DNA of 36,371 nt. Origin: an uncultured Candidatus Saccharibacteria bacterium. Lineage in GTDB: Bacteria; Patescibacteriota; Minisyncoccia; Phycocordibacterales; CALRHW01. Shown here in pieces: positions 33,388 through 36,371 of this stretch. The position numbers and the translations under genes are program-made. The notes below the pieces were generated by a model that saw only the letters and a list, made by a program, of their open reading frames with translations, was not told where the DNA came from and ran no database searches. Location of the stretch: contig CAYMIL010000001.1 of NCBI GenBank assembly GCA_964390845.1, positions 254,345 through 290,715 of the forward strand. Direction: 5' to 3'. Every line of letters begins with the position of its first letter. Position 1 is the stretch's first letter.

Positions 33388-34809
33388 CTATATCACTTCA
33401 ACGAGAAGCATATTTGTCTTCACGTTTTTTGTATTAAAGGGTGCGCCTGCGGCAATAACCACCGTATCACCTTTCTCGGCAAAGCCGTGTTTCAAACAAA
33501 AAGCACGAATTGTTTTAAAAGCATCAGTAAGTGTCGTACATCGGTCAATTTCCACGGGACAACATCCGAAACTTAAATTAAGTTTACTACACACGCGCGC
33601 CTGAGGAGAGAGCGCCATAATAAGCTGTGCTGGTTTGTATCGAGACACCATGCGCGCAGTGAATCCTGTTTCGGTAAGTGCAAAAATAAGTTTTGCACCA
33701 ACCGCATGCGCGGTGTCGACCGTTGCGGCGGTTACAGAGTTGACAACATCCATACCTCGCGTATGCGTACTACCAACATCGCATCGCTCAGAAAGACCAC
33801 GCTCTACCTCAAGAGCAACACGAGTCATCACCTCAACCGCTTCTACAGGATACGCGCCGAGCGTTGTTTCCTCAGACAACATCACTGCATCAGTACCATC
33901 AAGAATTGCGTTTGCGATATCAGACACTTCTGCGCGTGTCGGTGTCGGTGATTCAATCATCGAATCGAGCATCTGTGTTGCGGTGATTACTGGCTTTCCT
34001 ACGTTGTTACATTTCTCGATAATCATCTTCTGAATCATCGGCACCTGTTCTGCAGGAACCTCGATTGCCAAATCTCCACGCGCCACCATAATGCCATCTG
34101 CAAGCGCGATAATGTCATCGATATGCTCAACCGCTTCAGGCGTTTCAATCTTTGCGATGATACCCGCGTCGAGCTTTGCACGCTTCATCATATCTCGCAA
34201 TTCTGCGACATCTTCTGGGCGGCGAACAAATGAAAGCGCAACAAAATCCACTTTATGTTTTACCGCAAATGCGAAATCCGCCCGATCTTTATCAGTGATG
34301 GAGCTAATCTTCAAATATGCGCCAGGAAAATTTGCGCCGCGACGACCGCGTATCTCACCGCCAACAACAACACGACACACAACTTCTTTTTTCTTAATAT
34401 CAACAACCTCAAGGCGCTTACGACCGTCATCAAGGAGCACGGCGCCACCAACGCGTACTTCCTTGGGTAATGTTGGATAATTGATGAATACACGCTCTAC
34501 GTTCCCAACGCACGGCTGTGTTGTAAGTGTAAAGAGTTCGCCCTCCTTCAAGACAATAGATTCCGTTTCAAAATCTCCAATACGAATTTTTGGACCACAC
34601 AAATCTTGGAGTATACCGATACTTCGGCCGAGCTTGTCCATAAGTGCTCGCGCTGTGCGAATACGACGTCCATGCTCTACATGATCACCATGAGAAAAGT
34701 TGAGTCGTATGACATCAACACCAGCTTCAACAAGCCTCTCCATCATCTCGGCAGACTCTGTTGCTGGACCAATCGTTGCTACAATTTTTGTCTTTTTTCG
34801 TATATCCAT
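33388..34809 (-). CDS. pyk: Pyruvate kinase
   Basis: The track ORF extends to 34938 across the tRNA gene. The real start is ATG 34809 (MDIRKKTKIVATIGPATES). NFSHG. MVARGDLAIEVP. ATQMLDSM. Confidence 0.9.
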   Translation of the reverse strand: MDIRKKTKIVATIGPATESAEMMERLVEAGVDVIRLNFSHGDHVEHGRRIRTARALMDKLGRSIGILQDLCGPKIRIGDFETESIVLKEGELFTLTTQPCVGNVERVFINYPTLPKEVRVGGAVLLDDGRKRLEVVDIKKKEVVCRVVVGGEIRGRRGANFPGAYLKISSITDKDRADFAFAVKHKVDFVALSFVRRPEDVAELRDMMKRAKLDAGIIAKIETPEAVEHIDDIIALADGIMVARGDLAIEVPAEQVPMIQKMIIEKCNNVGKPVITATQMLDSMIESPTPTRAEVSDIANAILDGTDAVMLSEETTLGAYPVEAVEVMTRVALEVERGLSERCDVGSTHTRGMDVVNSVTAATVDTAHAVGAKLIFALTETGFTARMVSRYKPAQLIMALSPQARVCSKLNLSFGCCPVEIDRCTTLTDAFKTIRAFCLKHGFAEKGDTVVIAAGAPFNTKNVKTNMLLVEVI

Positions 34810-34853
34810 AGAAATAAAATGGCGCCATAAAGGCGCAACACTACCCACATACC

Positions 34854-34929
34854 TGGTGCGCGCACTAGGAGTCGAACCTAGGACCTTTCGAGTATCAGTC
34901 GAATGCTCTACCAGCTGAGCTATGCGCGC
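34854..34929 (-). tRNA. tRNA-Ile (anticodon GAU), CCA encoded
   Basis: The reverse complement folds by hand as GCGCGCA-TA-GCTC-AGCTGGTA-GAGC-A-TTCGA-CTGATAC-TCGAA-AGGTC-CTAGG-TTCGACT-CCTAG-TGCGCGC-ACCA. It is 76 nt and all four stems are fully paired. Confidence 0.9.
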
Positions 34930-34996
34930 ATACGGCACGGACCCACGCCCATGCGATGTTCATAAAATCTAGCAAAAAACCGCCATAAAAACAACT

Positions 34997-35025
34997 CAAC
35001 CACCCGCTCTCCGAGCCGGTGGTTG
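34997..35025 (-). terminator. Rho-independent terminator after the GH23 gene
   Basis: Minus strand: CAACCACC-G-GCTC-GGA-GAGC-G-GGTGGTTG, followed by AGTTGTTTTTATGGCGGTTTTTT. Confidence 0.65.
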
Positions 35026-35088
35026 TTATACATCCTCAAGAACTTCACAAGCGGTCCCCGCTTGCAACGAACCGAACATTTCTGTCAT

Positions 35089-35529
35089 TTACGAAAGCTT
35101 CTCCAGAATCTTCTTGACCTGAGCCCAGTACGCATTGGTGCTTGAACGCTTGTATCCGTGTGGACCTCCATTCCAGATACGCGCACAATCCTCATACGTC
35201 GGCTCCCGCCCCAAACGCTCCTTCGTTGCGTACATCTGCATGTACTTCTTGCAGATTTCAATTGACAGTGCGCGGTTGCCCAGACACTGCTTGGCGGTAT
35301 ACGCAGAGCCGAAGCGCTTGTTAACGTCGTCAACACAGGGCTGACGAATCTGAAGCGGACCATAGGCGTGGGCAGGCAAGTGCTTGTCGCCAACAGCCTT
35401 GTCGTCGCCGTGAGACTCATGTTCGATGAGTGCCGCGATGAGACGGTCCATGTCTACCGGTGTGGGCTCCGCCAGAGCGTGAGCGACACACATGAGACAG
35501 AGGCAAACCACAATCGTGGTGAGCTTCAT
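35089..35529 (-). CDS. Secreted lysozyme-like protein (GH23: goose-type lysozyme / SLT lytic transglycosylase superfamily)
   Basis: Start at ATG 35529, preceded by GAGGAA and a 6-nt spacer. Signal peptide MKLTTIVVCLCLMCVAHALA|EP. LIEHESHGDDKAVGD...AYGPLQIRQ resembles the RESHAG...GLMQ(V/I) catalytic region. Four Cys in the mature part. Confidence 0.55.
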   Translation of the reverse strand: MKLTTIVVCLCLMCVAHALAEPTPVDMDRLIAALIEHESHGDDKAVGDKHLPAHAYGPLQIRQPCVDDVNKRFGSAYTAKQCLGNRALSIEICKKYMQMYATKERLGREPTYEDCARIWNGGPHGYKRSSTNAYWAQVKKILEKLS

Positions 35530-35596
35530 GACAGTTTCCTCAAAGATCACCTGAGTGCAGAAACGCGTTGTTTCTTGTCGCATCAGGACTGAGGAA

Positions 35597-35625
35597 ATAA
35601 TAGCATATTAAAAACATACTGTCAA
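35597..35625 (-). promoter_or_regulatory. Consensus sigma-70 promoter for the GH23 gene
   Basis: Minus strand: TTGACA (35625-35620), 17-nt spacer, TATTAT (35602-35597). Confidence 0.7.
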
Positions 35626-35654
35626 TGTATACTCTACCACCAAGAAAAGAAAGA

Positions 35655-35683
35655 GGGCGCTGCGGCAAGATGCCGCAGCGCCC
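35655..35683 (-). terminator. Strong rho-independent terminator after 35704..36018
   Basis: Perfect 13-bp stem GGGCGCTGCGGCA / TGCCGCAGCGCCC with a 3-nt loop, followed on the minus strand by TCTTTCTTTTCTT. Confidence 0.8.
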
Positions 35684-35703
35684 AGTATGTCTCCCCACCC
35701 AGT

Positions 35704-36018
35704 TCACGCAGAACGGTTCCACCCGTCCGTGCCCAGCTCGACACGCGTCAGCGGGTCGTTCTGAATGTTGGCACGGGCCGCGGCGAGATCCTGATCGCTG
35801 ACACGATCGAGGTCTCCGCTTGCGAGCAAGCGGTCCACCGCGACCGCCGCCTCAGCGTTGCTGACCTCCGCCCGAGCACTGGCGTCCGCGCGAGCCTGCG
35901 CGCGCATGGCGGTGGGACTCGCATTCCACCGACGCTCAGGGAGCTTGCTCCCCTTGTGCTGGGAACGAGACACCGGACGACGCGACGGAATGTTTCCGAA
36001 ACCAGAGTTCTGAACCAT
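35704..36018 (-). CDS. Hypothetical 104-aa Ala/Arg-rich protein in a very GC-rich segment
   Basis: The ORF shows clear GC3-biased codon periodicity (GAC CTC GAT CGT GTC AGC GAT CAG GAT CTC GCC GCG GCC CGT...). AGGA lies 11 nt upstream. It has its own promoter and terminator. No signal peptide and no motif I recognise. Confidence 0.45.
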   Translation of the reverse strand: MVQNSGFGNIPSRRPVSRSQHKGSKLPERRWNASPTAMRAQARADASARAEVSNAEAAVAVDRLLASGDLDRVSDQDLAAARANIQNDPLTRVELGTDGWNRSA

Positions 36019-36094
36019 ACCCTGTTTTTTCCTTTCAACTCAGGGTGAAGAAGAAAATGAACATCGTGTACAAGACCTTCCTGCACACAAATAC

Positions 36095-36123
36095 AGTATA
36101 TCATAAAATATATACATTGTCAA
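36095..36123 (-). promoter_or_regulatory. Consensus sigma-70 promoter for 35704..36018
   Basis: Minus strand: TTGACA (36123-36118), 17-nt spacer, TATACT (36100-36095). Confidence 0.7.
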
Positions 36124-36129
36124 TATACA

Positions 36130-36160
36130 GAAAACCACCAGCGTTATGCTGGTGGTTTTC
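36130..36160 (-). terminator. Hairpin ~150 nt downstream of the 16S 3' end (terminator-like, A-tract/T-tract symmetric)
   Basis: GAAAACCACCAGC-ataac-GCTGGTGGTTTTC on the minus strand: a 13-bp stem whose ends are an A-run and a T-run. Confidence 0.6.
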
Positions 36161-36307
36161 AGATACTATTCTTTATTTTGTTCCGTTCAGAGCAGTCTTT
36201 CCTGCTGTCATGCTTCTTTTAGGATATCAAGCAACGATCCTTTCCGAACTCGATCGAGATTCAGAAATCGACTGTCAGTCTGCATGCAAAAGCACACAGA
36301 CGGGTTT

Positions 36308-36371
36308 CAATTGAAATACTCCACGAGCAGCTTCCGCTACCCGTGCCTTGTTACGACTTACTCCCTGTCAT
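36308..36371 (-). rRNA. rrs: 16S rRNA gene, extreme 3' end only (gene continues beyond the window)
   Basis: The reverse complement reads ATGACAGGGAGTAAGTCGTAACAAGGCACGGGTAGCGGAAGCTGCTCGTGGAGTATTTCAA. It contains the universal AAGTCGTAACAAGG (1492R primer site). Helix 45 is fully paired (CACGGGUAGC/GCUGCUCGUG) and has the conserved GGAA tetraloop. The 3' boundary is approximate. Confidence 0.75.

Noticed and set aside
34810-34938. N-terminal 43-codon extension of the pyruvate kinase ORF (MPYARIAQLVEHSTDTRKVLGSTPSA...).
   Set aside because: This stretch is simply the translation of the tRNA-Ile gene and its flanks. The pyk homology starts at MDIRKKTKIVATIGPA (ATG 34809).
35650-36094. Possibility that the GC-rich, promoter-plus-terminator unit next to the 16S is a structured ncRNA (RNase P RNA, tmRNA, SRP or 6S RNA) rather than a gene.
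   Set aside because: I read the ~440-nt transcript and found none of the conserved signatures. There is no GGAAAGUCC/ACAGAA P4 strand pair, no tRNA-like GGGG...UCCACCA ends and no SRP GGAA/AGCA domain IV motif. The region does have clear triplet periodicity. A covariance-model scan is still worth running.
35748-36104. Alternative 118-aa minus-strand ORF overlapping 35704..36018 in another frame.
   Set aside because: Its ATG lies upstream of, and abutting, the -10 box of the only promoter here, so it would not be on the transcript. The 67% G+C content makes long spurious ORFs expected. The 104-aa frame shows the GC3 codon periodicity.
36221-36240. GGATCGTTGCTTGATATCCT on the minus strand, ~85 nt beyond helix 45, as a displaced 16S 3' tail separated by an insertion.
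   Set aside because: It shares only GGATC and ATCCT with GGAUCACCUCCUUA and still has no CCUCC. I know of no precedent for an insertion at that position, so I treat it as a chance resemblance.
1-36371. Looked for CRISPR arrays, IS or transposase ends, integrase or recombinase genes, toxin-antitoxin pairs, restriction-modification or other known defence modules, a DGR reverse transcriptase, inteins or introns, and obvious pseudogenes.
   Set aside because: None was found by eye. There are no regularly spaced direct repeats and no DDE, tyrosine- or serine-recombinase motifs. There is no reverse-transcriptase YxDD motif. I saw no frameshifted housekeeping genes.

Overview
This 36,371-nt window has 33 supportable protein genes, 32 of them on the minus strand, with very short or overlapping junctions. 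It also carries one tRNA and the last ~60 nt of a 16S rRNA gene at the right edge. I saw no transposase, integrase, CRISPR array or recognisable defence or toxin gene. Content is dominated by cell-envelope functions.

- **Envelope and export genes:** peptidoglycan precursor genes (murB, murC, murD), secA, DedA, a BdbC-type disulfide oxidase with a thioredoxin-fold partner, and a glycan cluster of four GT4-like glycosyltransferases, a methyltransferase and an O-antigen-ligase/TPR protein. Also a putative DUF4015-type glycoside hydrolase, an orphan type IV pilin and an orphan TraD/VirD4-like ATPase.
- **Housekeeping genes:** gatB, obg, a MYG1-family hydrolase, a P-type ATPase, an AI-2E permease and pyk.
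- **Likely source:** gene content and style suggest a Patescibacteria/CPR-like monoderm. This is inference only.

The items most worth follow-up are these.

1. **Surface-protein operon (1..5121):** a five-gene operon of secreted or anchored proteins whose architecture resembles a Firmicute WxL locus, with the signature Trp residues replaced. A membrane-tethered HTH protein and a MerR-like HTH gene sit next to it.
2. **Conserved block in the paralogues:** a 38-nt block is perfectly conserved between the two otherwise diverged WxL-like paralogues.
3. **Broken rRNA-operon context:** the minus-strand order is 16S 3' end, hairpin, two autonomous monocistronic protein genes, tRNA-Ile(GAU), then pyk, with no 23S. 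Each of the two genes has a TTGACA-17-TATAxT promoter and a strong terminator. One encodes a secreted GH23 lysozyme-like protein.
4. **Translation signals:** the 16S 3' tail has a normal helix 45 but no CCUCC anti-Shine-Dalgarno. Many genes have -10 boxes 6-10 nt from the ATG (leaderless geometry) and no SD.
5. **Unannotated small ORF:** a 30-codon, highly basic ORF has its own promoter and terminator.

All family assignments come from reading motifs by eye; no searches were run.
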